Assembly (NCBI GenBank): GCA_964014485.1
Contig: CAXHAT010000013.1
Span: 1-62,643, forward strand
Direction: 5' to 3'
Origin: an uncultured Deferribacteres bacterium
Lineage (GTDB): Bacteria; Zhuqueibacterota; Zhuqueibacteria; Zhuqueibacterales; Geothermadaptataceae
DNA length: 62,643 nt
Shown: one piece after another, positions 49,128 through 59,836 of the stretch
How the letters are laid out: each line of letters opens with the position of its first letter
How positions within the stretch are numbered: position 1 is the first letter of the stretch
Made by a program: the position numbers and the translations under genes
Notes under the pieces: model-generated
Seen by the model: only the letters and a program-made list of their open reading frames with translations
Databases searched by the model: none
What the model was told of the DNA's origin: nothing

Positions 49128-49706
49128 ATGGCATACGCATCACTTACAGAGTTCAAGACTTATCGAGGTGTTTCTAATACCAAAGATGACACCTTGATTA
49201 CCTCCTTGCTAGACCGCGCTACGGTGTGGCTAGACAGGGAGGCCAAGCGAACTCTGTATGCTGAGAATGACACGACGCGCAATTTTGACAGCATTGAAGA
49301 TGTCGAAGGCATGACGCTCTATTTAGATGACGATTTGGCGGTGGTAACAACCATAACAAACGGCGATGAGGTTGTTATTTCGTCATCCGAATATGTGACT
49401 GAGCCGCGCAACAATGCGCCGTACCATGCAATCAGGCTACTGGCTTCATCCCAAAAATCTTGGGACGGTAAGTCGAATGGTGACAGTGAGGACGCTATCG
49501 AGATAGTGGGTAAGTGGTCATACTTCGCCAGCGTCCCCAATGACCTGAAGCATTTTTGCGTACGGTTGGCAGCCTACGCTTACACGCAAAAGGATGCGAC
49601 GGTATTTGACACCGTCGCCATTCCTGATGCTGGTGTGATTAACATACCCAACGGATTTCCTGCTGATGTTGGGCGGTGGATTCGACAGGTTAGGCGGTTG
49701 CGTTAG
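49128..49706 (+). CDS. Head-tail adaptor
   Basis: MAYASLTEFK...DDTLITSLL...VPNDLK. Confidence 0.8.
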   Translation: MAYASLTEFKTYRGVSNTKDDTLITSLLDRATVWLDREAKRTLYAENDTTRNFDSIEDVEGMTLYLDDDLAVVTTITNGDEVVISSSEYVTEPRNNAPYHAIRLLASSQKSWDGKSNGDSEDAIEIVGKWSYFASVPNDLKHFCVRLAAYAYTQKDATVFDTVAIPDAGVINIPNGFPADVGRWIRQVRRLR

Positions 49707-50096
49707 ATGGGGACATTATCAGCCTCGGAGTTTCACACGCTGTTGACAGGGTTGTCCGTTGTAGGTGTGAACACAAATATCGGAACGCTTGACGGGAAAG
49801 TTGATACAGCCAATCTGCCTTACAAGTATGTCGATCAAGTGCAAAGCGAGCGTCGTCAGGGCGGGTGTTACCCGCCCAGCCGCTCGGGTCGTATAACGAT
49901 ACTTGTAGAGCCTGAAGGCCAAGGAACACCAGACGATAATATGAGTTCATGTGTCACGATTCAGGCGGCGTTAGAAACAGCACTAGACGCAGTCACAGCC
50001 GCTCAGTTGCATTGGCAAATCGAGGTTGGCTTGATCGCCGACTACATTGGCGATATTCGCTATTGGGGCGTGTCGTGTCAGGTGGAAGACAGCTAA
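49707..50096 (+). CDS. Tail terminator-like protein
   Basis: Position and size. Confidence 0.55.
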   Translation: MGTLSASEFHTLLTGLSVVGVNTNIGTLDGKVDTANLPYKYVDQVQSERRQGGCYPPSRSGRITILVEPEGQGTPDDNMSSCVTIQAALETALDAVTAAQLHWQIEVGLIADYIGDIRYWGVSCQVEDS

Positions 50097-50298
50097 TGGC
50101 AAGAAAGACAAAACCAAACACGCACAGGGTCGAAGTTGACCCTGGTATTGGCATTGCCCCAGGCAAGCTTTTGCTAAAAGGCGAAGAGTGCAATAAAAGC
50201 ACGTTCGCGCACCTCCACAAGGGCAAGGACCTGGAAGCGCGTTGGTTAGCAATGATTAAAAAGGGGATGTTGGTTCCCCTGGTACAGGAAAATAAGTA

Positions 50299-50700
50299 AT
50301 GGCTAAATTCAAAGGCGACAAAGCTTCATTCACATTTGGCGGCACCGTATACGAGTGCCTTACAAATTGGAGCTACAGTGGCACGGCGTCACAGAACAGA
50401 ATTCGCTGCTCTGGCTCTTCAGGGGCTGTTGAGCATGATGTTGATTCAGGAACTGAGGACACATTCACTGCCGATCACCTACTCGAAGGTGCTAGCGCAA
50501 CAGTAGCCGCAGCTCTGTTACGTAATACCACAGGCACATTTGAAGCACACGCAGAAGGTGACAGCACAGGTGTTGCTGAATTAACCGCAACCAGCGCACG
50601 AGTGACCAGTATGTCAATCACGAACACGCCAGATAGTTTGACTATCCTAAGCGTGACGTTTGGCTTGACGGGAACGGTTGCTATCGGAGCAGCAACGTAG
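50299..50700 (+). CDS. Major tail tube protein
   Basis: Gly/Thr/Ser-rich beta protein before chaperones and tape measure. Confidence 0.7.
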   Translation: MAKFKGDKASFTFGGTVYECLTNWSYSGTASQNRIRCSGSSGAVEHDVDSGTEDTFTADHLLEGASATVAAALLRNTTGTFEAHAEGDSTGVAELTATSARVTSMSITNTPDSLTILSVTFGLTGTVAIGAAT

Positions 50701-51235
50701 TGAAGTTAAAGAAAAATGTGCCAATGAAACCTTGGCTTGATTGGGAGTTGGGGTTTCAGGCGTTAACAGACGAGCAGAAGATAGGCAAGCTGAATTACGC
50801 GAGCCACATAGTTGGTCTTGCAATCTCATGCAATCTCGTGGAGGGCGTCAACGACAAAACCATCATTGAGGGCGAAAATCCTAATGATGTTTTGGTTTTA
50901 TGCGAGCAGGTTCAGGACGCCTACAGGGAAATAAAAGTGCCTGACCCAAACTAATGATTCGGGCGGGGTTTTATGCCAACGGAAAGGCCAAAGCCCCGCC
51001 CGAATTAGAGCTAGCGTTTCAGGCAAAAAGCTGGGGGGTTTTGCCGTATGCAGGAGGGTTGCTTGACCAACCTGCGGGACTCATTATGCGTATGACAGTT
51101 GCTTACAATGCCTACAGTTACGCCAAGAGTTATTTAAACGTTTCATCAGGGAGCATGTCTAGCTGGACGAAGAATAATCCAGAGGGCTTCAAGTTTATTC
51201 GGTGGCTAGAAGAGCAGGAGTACGATGACAACTAG
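50700..51235 (+). CDS. Tail assembly chaperone pair (50700-50954 and 50954-51235) with -1 programmed frameshift
   Basis: C CCA AAC slippery site 50945-50951 before TAA; hairpin TTCGGGCGGGG/CCCCGCCCGAA starts 6 nt downstream. Confidence 0.85.
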
Positions 51236-53348
51236 TATTATCGTTGATGCTCTCTGGAAAGGGGGGCAGGCGTTACAGCAGGCCACAAGAGATTACAAAG
51301 AGCTAGACGACACCTTTGTGGATAGCAACGGCAGGTTGCGTGATGCAAAAGGCCGCTTTGTTGCTGCATCTGAAGGCGTCGATCTCCTTGGCGGTTCTGT
51401 TGGAAAGCTGGTCACGGGTGGCGCATTGCTTGCGCTTGGGAATCAGTTAATACAAGTAGGCGGCGAATCGCTAAACCTCGCCAGCGACATGCAAGAGACA
51501 GCGAGCCTGATTGATAATTCGCTTGGTCCAGCTGCACAATCGTTTCGTTCTGATTTAGATGCTATTGCAGAGGCCACGGGGCGCAGTGCCAACGAGCTAG
51601 AAAAGGGGTCAGCCACAATCATAGCAATGTCCAAGAATATGGGCTTTGCGCAACAAGAGGCTGCCAACTTTTCATCACAGTTCACTCAAGTCGCGCTTGA
51701 TTTAGGGAGCTTTTTCAATCAAGAGCCAGCACGAGTCTTTGAGGATATACAGTCGGCGTTGTCAGGAAGCTCTGAAACAATGCAGAAATACGGCATTGAT
51801 GTTCGCGAGACGGCGTTAAAACAACTCGCTTTGAATCAGGGGATCATTGATTCAGCTAGCGATGTTATTCCTCGCCAAGAACGGGCGATGCTGTTATTGC
51901 AAGCCGTTACCGAGCAAGCCAGCGATGCGATGGGGGACGCGGCTAGAACCAGCGATAGTTACGCAAATAAGAGTCGGGCTTTACAAGACGCGGTCCTCGA
52001 TTTAAAGACTGCTTTTGGCGAGGGGCTTATCGAGCCCGCGACGCAAGCGGCAAGCGTTCTGGCTGATTTGACAAGGAGTGCAACTGAATTTTTCAAAACC
52101 GACTTTACAGCTAATGGGGCTGCTCGCGATCTGGGTGAGATAAAGGAAGCGGCCGATGGCTTAAGACACGCCATAGCAACTGGTCAAATCACCGGAGGTG
52201 CATTTGGCCTTGATGGAATTGAGGAAAAAGGAGTTCGCCAATTTCGCTCGCTAACAATTGAGGTAGCCAAAAGCTCAGACAACTTAGCGGACTTTGCTAA
52301 CAATTTAGAGGATGTCTTTGGTACAAATTACGCCTCTCAGTTACAAGATGTTTTCAATTTAGGGGCAATATTTGACGCTACTCAGATAGAGCAAAATCTA
52401 AGAAAGCTTGATGAGATGTCACAAGCATCAGAAAAGCTTGCCAGCGACATGCGGACGGCAACGGTTTTTACAGAGGAAAACACGAGGTCAACTCACGAAG
52501 CGACAAGGGCTTACGATGGATGGGTTGAATCTGCCAACGAGATGCATCAAGCTAGACTGGACAAGATAGCCGAAGATACAGCAGCAAAAGCTGAGGCCGA
52601 CCGACTGGCAGCAGAGCAAGCTGAAGCCAATGCGCGAGCGATGGAAATGCAAGCTGCTGCATTGGATCGCGTAAACGCTAAAACGGGCGATTATTTTACG
52701 ACAGCTATCAACAGTGATGGCGCGGCTAATTTGTCGCAATTTTTATTTGAGTCAGCGGATGCAGCAGGCGCAAACGCTCTTCAACTTGGCGTTCTTGCCG
52801 AACAGCTAGGTGTGGTCGAGGATGCTAGCAAGAGTGTGGGCGAGTCACTGGCTAAAGCATTGCTTGATAATGCGGCAGAAGATTTTGCCGCCACAGGCAA
52901 TCTTGATGCACTTAACCAAGAGCTAGAACGAGCCAAGGAGCTTGTTGAAAATTTCCCATCTCTTGAAAAGCTGTCACAGCAACAAGCTCAAAGCCAAATA
53001 CTTGCTGAAGAGTCGCCGTTCTTCAAGATTGAAGAGGATGCCCCACTAGCCGTGCAAGCTTTGGGCGAAGTGACAAATACTGGTGTGCAGGGTTTCGGAG
53101 AACTCAACACTAGCATTGGCACAGCAGCGGCTTCCGCTGGTTTGCTCAACGAAACAGTCGCTTCCATCTCTGTCGAACCAGTCCACATGCTCAGAAATGG
53201 ATTTATTGAAGCAGGTGCAGAAATAGATGCCATAGGTTCAAAGGTTTCGCTGGCGATAGAACAGATACGACAACTTGGTGGTGTACTGGAAGATGTCGGC
53301 GGACAGGCAAATAGTATTGTGAACGATGTAGCAACAGGTGGATTGTAA
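51225..53348 (+). CDS. Tape measure protein
   Basis: Ala-rich helical, RLRDAKGRF, DLGSFFN, GDAART. Confidence 0.9.
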   Translation: MTTSIIVDALWKGGQALQQATRDYKELDDTFVDSNGRLRDAKGRFVAASEGVDLLGGSVGKLVTGGALLALGNQLIQVGGESLNLASDMQETASLIDNSLGPAAQSFRSDLDAIAEATGRSANELEKGSATIIAMSKNMGFAQQEAANFSSQFTQVALDLGSFFNQEPARVFEDIQSALSGSSETMQKYGIDVRETALKQLALNQGIIDSASDVIPRQERAMLLLQAVTEQASDAMGDAARTSDSYANKSRALQDAVLDLKTAFGEGLIEPATQAASVLADLTRSATEFFKTDFTANGAARDLGEIKEAADGLRHAIATGQITGGAFGLDGIEEKGVRQFRSLTIEVAKSSDNLADFANNLEDVFGTNYASQLQDVFNLGAIFDATQIEQNLRKLDEMSQASEKLASDMRTATVFTEENTRSTHEATRAYDGWVESANEMHQARLDKIAEDTAAKAEADRLAAEQAEANARAMEMQAAALDRVNAKTGDYFTTAINSDGAANLSQFLFESADAAGANALQLGVLAEQLGVVEDASKSVGESLAKALLDNAAEDFAATGNLDALNQELERAKELVENFPSLEKLSQQQAQSQILAEESPFFKIEEDAPLAVQALGEVTNTGVQGFGELNTSIGTAAASAGLLNETVASISVEPVHMLRNGFIEAGAEIDAIGSKVSLAIEQIRQLGGVLEDVGGQANSIVNDVATGGL

Positions 53349-53785
53349 TGAGTCATGTAATTGTGGACAGAATAACATCAGGTCTAGCAAATCGACTAAT
53401 TATCTTTAATAGCACCGAAACAAACAGGATGAGTTTGGACGAAGGCGCAGAGGTTGGTGGCCATCTGAAGGTTCTTTCTCGCATAGAAAGAACGCCAGAT
53501 GGGTCAGTGTATGACCACGATGGCACTGATGACGCAATAGCCTCACCTGGCGTTTTGTCTCAGACGTGCATACTAACACAACCAACACTAGCCAGTGCGA
53601 AATCTACCTTTGATGATATTCACCAATATCTAGGCGACGAAATGACGTTGCGCTCTCTGGCATCACAAACAGCCACAGCAAAAATGACTAAATGTATCGG
53701 GACGTTTCTTAATTATTCTGCCTCCGACCAGCCACATACGATGCGGGTTGAATTCGAGTGGCAACTCAAAACGGACTTTAGCTAA
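53348..53785 (+). CDS. Distal tail-like protein
   Basis: Position after tape measure. Confidence 0.55.
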   Translation: MSHVIVDRITSGLANRLIIFNSTETNRMSLDEGAEVGGHLKVLSRIERTPDGSVYDHDGTDDAIASPGVLSQTCILTQPTLASAKSTFDDIHQYLGDEMTLRSLASQTATAKMTKCIGTFLNYSASDQPHTMRVEFEWQLKTDFS

Positions 53786-56700
53786 TGGGCTGGTCAAATC
53801 ATACAGTAAAATTTTATAGCATCGCTGATACGCCCGTTTTGCAGGGAACTATTACAGGCAAGATTTTTGGTGCCAGTGGTATGCAGGAGCGGAACAGGGC
53901 GGGCACTGGCGAGGTGCTGCTACCTGAAACTCTCACGTCAACAGAAGAAGGCTACATCATTGATAATGCTTGGTGTTATGTCACCGCCGATGATGATGTT
54001 GGTGGCACGCTGCCCGTTTGCTGCTTCCTTGTTCAAAATCGTGATTTAGTTTTCAGGAGCGGGAATTGGTACACGCGCTTGAGCGGCCCTAGCGTTCTTG
54101 GCGAGATTGCAATGCGTCCTATACGCGGGTTTATTTCCAAGCGCGTTACAGGAACGGTTCAGGCCATCAATACATCTGGCGACACCATCACAGTAACGCT
54201 AGACAGCAACGCAAGTGCAACAGATGATGCCTACAATGGGTGGACGTTACAGTTTGATAATCAGGTTGTTTTCATTAATGATTATGTTGGTAGCACAAAG
54301 ATTGCAACAACAAATGTAGCCGAGTGGCCTGTTTCCCCCGCTCCTGCTGTTTCCGACTCCTACACTGTCACAGGTGGTGAGGCCGACCCCGAAGATTTGG
54401 ATTACATATCAACCACGTATTTTGTTTCCCCGTGGTCGCTAGAGGTCGAGGGTAGCAACACTGGCACAGCCGATGGCAGCTATCACAATTTCAACGGCAT
54501 CGGGCAGCTTGAGGCATGGCGGCGAATTGCGGAAGGGACAGCGGGGCAAGAGTGGTTTAGAAACAAAGAACTCGATCCAACCAGTGGTGATTTCAGGACA
54601 ATGGAATGGCGTCGCACCAACGACGCCAGTGGCGTGACACTGGTCGGGGCGGGGACAGTTTCGCAACAGCAGAACGCTAGTTATGGCATCATTTTAGATT
54701 TGAAACGAAAGAAGGACGGGCGATACATTACTCGCTCGTATCCTATTGCAGGCGATGGTATCACGCTGGAAAATGCCAGCAGCTACTACACGCTGCCAAG
54801 CGGGTTTGATTACACTTCTGATGCTGGGCCGGGAATCAAAAACACCACGCTAGAAACGACCAACGCCTCACGCGGGTCCGTTCATCAAGTCTCCAAAATG
54901 CCATCATACCCAGACATGACGCCCGTTGCCGAATCAACGGCGGGCGTGGTGGCTACCACAATCCAACTGGCAAAACGAGCGCTTAATCTTCTCCGCCAGA
55001 ATGACGATGTTCGCACATATTACACCGTCACATGCGTGCTGCATAAAAACGTCAAGCCGGGGCAAACGATTGATGTTACGTACACACTACCTGGCGAAAA
55101 TGGCGAATCAATTAGTGAGACAGGTCTGTATATTCAAAGCGTCAAGTACTCGCTTAACCGACATGGAACAAGAGTCGTAACCCTCTCGTTGAGTAGCACA
55201 GCATGGCCATACAGCGGCGACCGTGATTTTAGGGACAGGCAAAACAGAGCAATTGAAGGATTGGCACGGCTGAAGCCTAGAGATGGCGGGGCTATTTCCG
55301 GCGATGTGCTGATAGTCAATCCGCCCGTGGATACTAGCGACTTCCTATCAAAGAACGGCGGAAACCTGACGGGCAATGTTACTGCTGATGCGGGAGTGAC
55401 GATTGACGGGCGTGATGTTAGCGTTGATGGGGCAACACTGGACGCCATCCCCAGCGCCTACGTGCCGCAAACAAGAACTATTAGCACCTCGTCACCTCTG
55501 ACGGGGGGCGGCGATTTGTCAGCCAACAGAACCATTTCCTTTAGCAGCCAAACGGCCAATCATGCGCTGCTTGCCCCTGACGGCTCTAACGGCACACCGT
55601 CTTTTCGCGCTCTCGTTTCTGATGACTTGCCCGCCCACGACATCATCAGCAAACATAGCTACAGCGGCGGCGCCAATCTGGATGTCTTTGGCTTGTCCGC
55701 AGCGTCAACCATTGCAAGGCTGACCCCGCTTGCTAGCCCCGGAAATGCCGCCGCCATTTTGAGAACAGATAGCAGCGGGGTTGTTAGTCCGGCGCAGGTT
55801 CACTTGAATCCGGTTGGTAATATATACAGCTCTCTGCGCATTGGCCCCGCGCCATTATCGTCTCAACATACAACCAACATCATACACGAGCAGCCAGGTA
55901 CACGAATGGAGGTTAGGCGCAGCGGTGGCGGCGGTTTCTTTACCTCTCTATTTGATGTTGCGGGCAGCACAGGAACAGGTGATATTACCGCGCTGGGCGC
56001 GTTTGGGATTTTGGGGACATTGCCTGACACGGCCACCTATCTATATCTCGGTGTTCGGGATGGGGCCGACCCTGCCTATACTAATCCCCAATTCATGATC
56101 AGACCGGGGGGCATTCGCGTGAGGGCGCAGGTTGCTGGGGACGATGCGGCGATTTTCACACCCCGCAGCAGTACAGGCATTGGTGTGCGAGTTATTGGGG
56201 CAGCTTCTCAAACCGCGAACATGATAGAGGCACAGGACAGCGGAACATCGCCAGTTTTCAAAGTTGATTCGGCAGGCCGCGTCTCAACGCGAGCGATACG
56301 CCCCGTTTTTGATGGTGTGAGCAATTTAGCAATTGAATCGGCTGCCGGGTCCACTATGTTGACGGTCAACACGACCGCCGATACGCTGTTACTCAGCACA
56401 TCGACCGATATTTCTGGCGATACATGGACATCGGGATTTTTAGGTAATCAGTGGGGGATTGACACCAGTGCGGGGCACGCAGATTTCCGCAGTATTTATG
56501 CTGATGAGTTACGAGTCACAACATTTATTGCCGAAGGCGCTTTTGTTCGAGCTGGGAGCCAATACATTACTCCTAGCATGGCACAGCTTTCACGTGATTT
56601 TGTAATCCCCAGCACTGGCAGTGCCACCCTGTATGTTGAGGATATAGAGGGCTCAGCCGATACCGCTGTTTTTACAGAAAACGAGTATGTGCTAATCAGA

Positions 56701-58437
56701 ATCGTTGACAGGTCGGGCGGCGGGCTGGTCGTTGGGAATGCGTGGGGAGTTGTCACCAGTTACACAGATTTGAGCGGCGGCGAGCAATCATGGTCGTTTA
56801 CGGCGGTGTCAATTGATAGCGGCGTAGGGGGGCAAACGGCAACGGCTGGTGCTGTTGCGCTCGGTTTTGGCAAATCTGGCGATGGATATATTGTATCCAC
56901 GACGCTCGATCAGGCCGGTTCACCCTATGAACGAATCACAACATGGACTGGCAACCCGTACACAGCCAGCAACAGAAAGGTTCATGCTCAGTGGGGCAAC
57001 CTAGATGGATTAGCCGGTATTGACCGCGAGTTTGGATTTTACGCTGGGTTATCTCCATCATCGGCCCGAATCATTGCTAGCGATACACAGGTAGCACTAC
57101 ACAGCGTTCCGCTTTCTCTTTACGCGGGGGGCGAAAATGATATTTGTTATCTGTTCACTTTGCGACTAAATACCGATTTACAAACTGGACGCAAAACAAA
57201 TGGGGATATTTCGTCCAGCAATATTAGCTACAGCACTGGCTCATCAGCTAGTGCAATTTTGGCAGGCACAACCTCGGATTGGACATACAACACCGGTAAC
57301 AGCAAAAACGCGAACGCATGGCTTGATTTGGAGAGCATCACAACAGGGATGGACTATCTCGAAATCGAGGCCAATGGTTATGTCACATCAACAAATGACG
57401 GCATTGTTTTAACAGCGCAGATATTCAAGAGCGATGGCACAACAGAACTGACTGATGAGTTGATGCTTTTGAATCAGGATTACACCACATATACCACATA
57501 CACCAAACGTTTTGGCTATGTGGATGACTCGGCTAGCCAAACCGATTGGGATGGCGCGCGGTTGCGTTTGCAATGGTATTACTACCCAGCGAGCAGCAAC
57601 AGTGAGGTTATTCGCTTAGACCCGTTCGCGCCGTCCATTGCTGTTGGCTCACCGCTACCAACATCATTTGACACTGGTGATGGTATGTGGGCAGGTTTGG
57701 CCAGCGATGGTTATTACAAGTGGAAGGTGGGGAAAGCGACGGCTCAACAAATCCGCTGGGATGGCTTGAACCTACGCCTAATGGATGCGGCGGGCAACAA
57801 CACAATCATTTTCCAAAGCACAGGTAACGCTCGCTTTGATGGCGTGATTGAGGTCGGTACAAGCGGCGGTATTTGGCAGGGGACGGGGACATTTGCCAGC
57901 CCAACAACGGGGCTGAAGATCTGGAATGATGGCGGCGTTGGGCGGATTGCTGGCTATGGCAGTGGGACGTTGCAGGCTGGGTTCAACACCAGCGGGCAGC
58001 TAACCGCAGGTGCTGGCAATGTCATCCTAGACGAGGATGGGGTCACACTGGACGCTGTGGTGGGTAAATTCACAACTGGCTCAATTGACTGGAAGGACGG
58101 CAGTAGTACCAAGTTATCAGTTGGCACCGTTGTCGATTTAGGGAATGTTACAGGAACATATATCGAATCGCTGGACAGTGCATTAGAAATCAAAACGACA
58201 ACAAGCGGGAGCATCACCCTCAGTGCTGACGACGGGGACGGCTTCGTGATCATTGATGGTGCCATTGAACCTCGCACCATCAATACGCCATCGGCACCAG
58301 CCAACAGCATTAGCCGAATCTACCAACGAGGAACAAAGCTGATTGTCCAATACGGCGACAGCGGCACCACTCGCTACAAGTACCTAGAATTGTCGGGAAC
58401 AGGGGCGACTTGGACGCACACAACCACAGCCCCATAG
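53785..58437 (+). CDS. Tail tip/hub protein fused to fibre (receptor-binding) domains
   Basis: 1550 aa, Gly/Ser/Thr-rich; fibre motifs TIDGRDVSVDG, LTGGGDLSANRTI, PSFRALV. Confidence 0.85.
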   Translation: MGWSNHTVKFYSIADTPVLQGTITGKIFGASGMQERNRAGTGEVLLPETLTSTEEGYIIDNAWCYVTADDDVGGTLPVCCFLVQNRDLVFRSGNWYTRLSGPSVLGEIAMRPIRGFISKRVTGTVQAINTSGDTITVTLDSNASATDDAYNGWTLQFDNQVVFINDYVGSTKIATTNVAEWPVSPAPAVSDSYTVTGGEADPEDLDYISTTYFVSPWSLEVEGSNTGTADGSYHNFNGIGQLEAWRRIAEGTAGQEWFRNKELDPTSGDFRTMEWRRTNDASGVTLVGAGTVSQQQNASYGIILDLKRKKDGRYITRSYPIAGDGITLENASSYYTLPSGFDYTSDAGPGIKNTTLETTNASRGSVHQVSKMPSYPDMTPVAESTAGVVATTIQLAKRALNLLRQNDDVRTYYTVTCVLHKNVKPGQTIDVTYTLPGENGESISETGLYIQSVKYSLNRHGTRVVTLSLSSTAWPYSGDRDFRDRQNRAIEGLARLKPRDGGAISGDVLIVNPPVDTSDFLSKNGGNLTGNVTADAGVTIDGRDVSVDGATLDAIPSAYVPQTRTISTSSPLTGGGDLSANRTISFSSQTANHALLAPDGSNGTPSFRALVSDDLPAHDIISKHSYSGGANLDVFGLSAASTIARLTPLASPGNAAAILRTDSSGVVSPAQVHLNPVGNIYSSLRIGPAPLSSQHTTNIIHEQPGTRMEVRRSGGGGFFTSLFDVAGSTGTGDITALGAFGILGTLPDTATYLYLGVRDGADPAYTNPQFMIRPGGIRVRAQVAGDDAAIFTPRSSTGIGVRVIGAASQTANMIEAQDSGTSPVFKVDSAGRVSTRAIRPVFDGVSNLAIESAAGSTMLTVNTTADTLLLSTSTDISGDTWTSGFLGNQWGIDTSAGHADFRSIYADELRVTTFIAEGAFVRAGSQYITPSMAQLSRDFVIPSTGSATLYVEDIEGSADTAVFTENEYVLIRIVDRSGGGLVVGNAWGVVTSYTDLSGGEQSWSFTAVSIDSGVGGQTATAGAVALGFGKSGDGYIVSTTLDQAGSPYERITTWTGNPYTASNRKVHAQWGNLDGLAGIDREFGFYAGLSPSSARIIASDTQVALHSVPLSLYAGGENDICYLFTLRLNTDLQTGRKTNGDISSSNISYSTGSSASAILAGTTSDWTYNTGNSKNANAWLDLESITTGMDYLEIEANGYVTSTNDGIVLTAQIFKSDGTTELTDELMLLNQDYTTYTTYTKRFGYVDDSASQTDWDGARLRLQWYYYPASSNSEVIRLDPFAPSIAVGSPLPTSFDTGDGMWAGLASDGYYKWKVGKATAQQIRWDGLNLRLMDAAGNNTIIFQSTGNARFDGVIEVGTSGGIWQGTGTFASPTTGLKIWNDGGVGRIAGYGSGTLQAGFNTSGQLTAGAGNVILDEDGVTLDAVVGKFTTGSIDWKDGSSTKLSVGTVVDLGNVTGTYIESLDSALEIKTTTSGSITLSADDGDGFVIIDGAIEPRTINTPSAPANSISRIYQRGTKLIVQYGDSGTTRYKYLELSGTGATWTHTTTAP

Positions 58438-58444
58438 GAGTAAC

Positions 58445-58861
58445 ATGAAAAACAGACACACGACGACTATAAGGAGTTTTTATTCAGATATGTGGCCAGC
58501 TATTCAAAAACTTTCCCAAGCCAGTATTGGTGATGGGGTTGTAAAGTTGATGGTAGCCCGCAATTTACAGACATGCCGACTAGACATCGAGCCAGTCATT
58601 TCTGTTGAAAAACAGCTAAACGAAGAGCTAGCCGACATTCGCCAGCAAGTAGCAGAGGGTGGCGTAGGTGACAAACAGCTAACTAAGGAGGCACGCCGCC
58701 TAAATAAAACATTTGAAGAGATTCTGGATGCGAAACACACAGTCGAACTAATTCAAATCCCCTACCAATCTTTAGAGGAGTATATGAAAACACCTGAGCA
58801 AGTTCTGGCTCTGCTGCCTATGCTGATCGTCCCAGAGGAGGAGAGTGATGATGATTCGTAG
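58445..58861 (+). CDS. Putative tail fibre chaperone
   Basis: AGGAG RBS; helical, directly after fibre. Confidence 0.55.
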   Translation: MKNRHTTTIRSFYSDMWPAIQKLSQASIGDGVVKLMVARNLQTCRLDIEPVISVEKQLNEELADIRQQVAEGGVGDKQLTKEARRLNKTFEEILDAKHTVELIQIPYQSLEEYMKTPEQVLALLPMLIVPEEESDDDS

Positions 58862-59279
58862 AGAGTTTATAAAGCAAGCGGTCTCGACCGTTTTTTTGCC
58901 CGTGATGGGGTAACAGGTATCGTTGACACTGATGTCTATTTGAGTGTTCAAAAACATGAAGCCAGTAGCGGTGGGGCTAGAATAACCGGTCTAAAAGACA
59001 GTAACGGAGACGATAGCGGGGCTTTGATGTTGCGCGGCGTTTTGGGCGAAGCTGCCAAAACCGCTAAATCGGCCAGTGGGTGGGGTGTCGTCAATGTCTA
59101 CAGCAATATCAAGAGCGGGACAAGCACGGCGGCTGTAGGGGTAAACGGGAATCTCTTTGCTATCGCTAATGATACTAGTGTAAAGGCAATTATTAATGCT
59201 TACGATTGATGCGCTACGGCAAAGCCACGATGCCACAGAGCGGCGTTTGGCTCGGCTGGAATCGCGGCTTTTGAATTAG
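58862..59279 (+). pseudogene. Remnant of an alternative tail fibre C-terminus
   Basis: Start-less fibre-like frame to 59209, then a shifted frame encoding IDALRQSHDATERRLARLESRLLN*. Confidence 0.55.
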
Positions 59280-59291
59280 GAATTAACAAAC

Positions 59292-59606
59292 ATGAAGAAT
59301 AAAGAATTGCAAATAATGGGGCCAGATAACACGCCACTAACAACGGCAGATGTGCTAGTGGCAGTACTAGGCAGCCAGCGGTTGGGGGAGGGTGTGACAT
59401 ACAACCAAATGCACGAACGCTTCCAAATTCTGGATGTGCTGCAATCGGCAAACGGAACAATTGAATTGAGCAGCGAGCAATGGGAAGCCGTTAGGAACCG
59501 GTACAACGCTCATGAGTTTGGGGTTTTACATCGTGATATTTATGAATTAGGCAAGGCGATAAACAAGCTTGCCGAGGACGCCGAGAATGCCAAAAATAGC
59601 ACATAG
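59292..59606 (+). CDS. Putative tail fibre chaperone
   Basis: GVT..QM..RF.ILD.L......IELS.EQW. Confidence 0.55.
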   Translation: MKNKELQIMGPDNTPLTTADVLVAVLGSQRLGEGVTYNQMHERFQILDVLQSANGTIELSSEQWEAVRNRYNAHEFGVLHRDIYELGKAINKLAEDAENAKNST

Positions 59607-59836
59607 AATCAACGACCAGCAAAAATTCAACGACCTCAAAGAGGCGTATGCCGTGCGGTTTAATTATCAGGACATGGTACCAGATGGCAACGGTGGATTG
59701 ATGTCAAACCCCGAAAGCAAGCGGCAGTTTATGAAGCGCATGATTCGCCAGCGGCAGATTATGCCCGTTTACCAAGACTACAAGAGGACGCAAGACATCG
59801 CCGCCCTTCCTGCTCACGATGACCTTGGCATTGAAG

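Noticed and set aside
58859..58861. Programmed TAG read-through or recoding
   Set aside because: The downstream frame is better explained as a fibre remnant; TAG ends other intact genes normally
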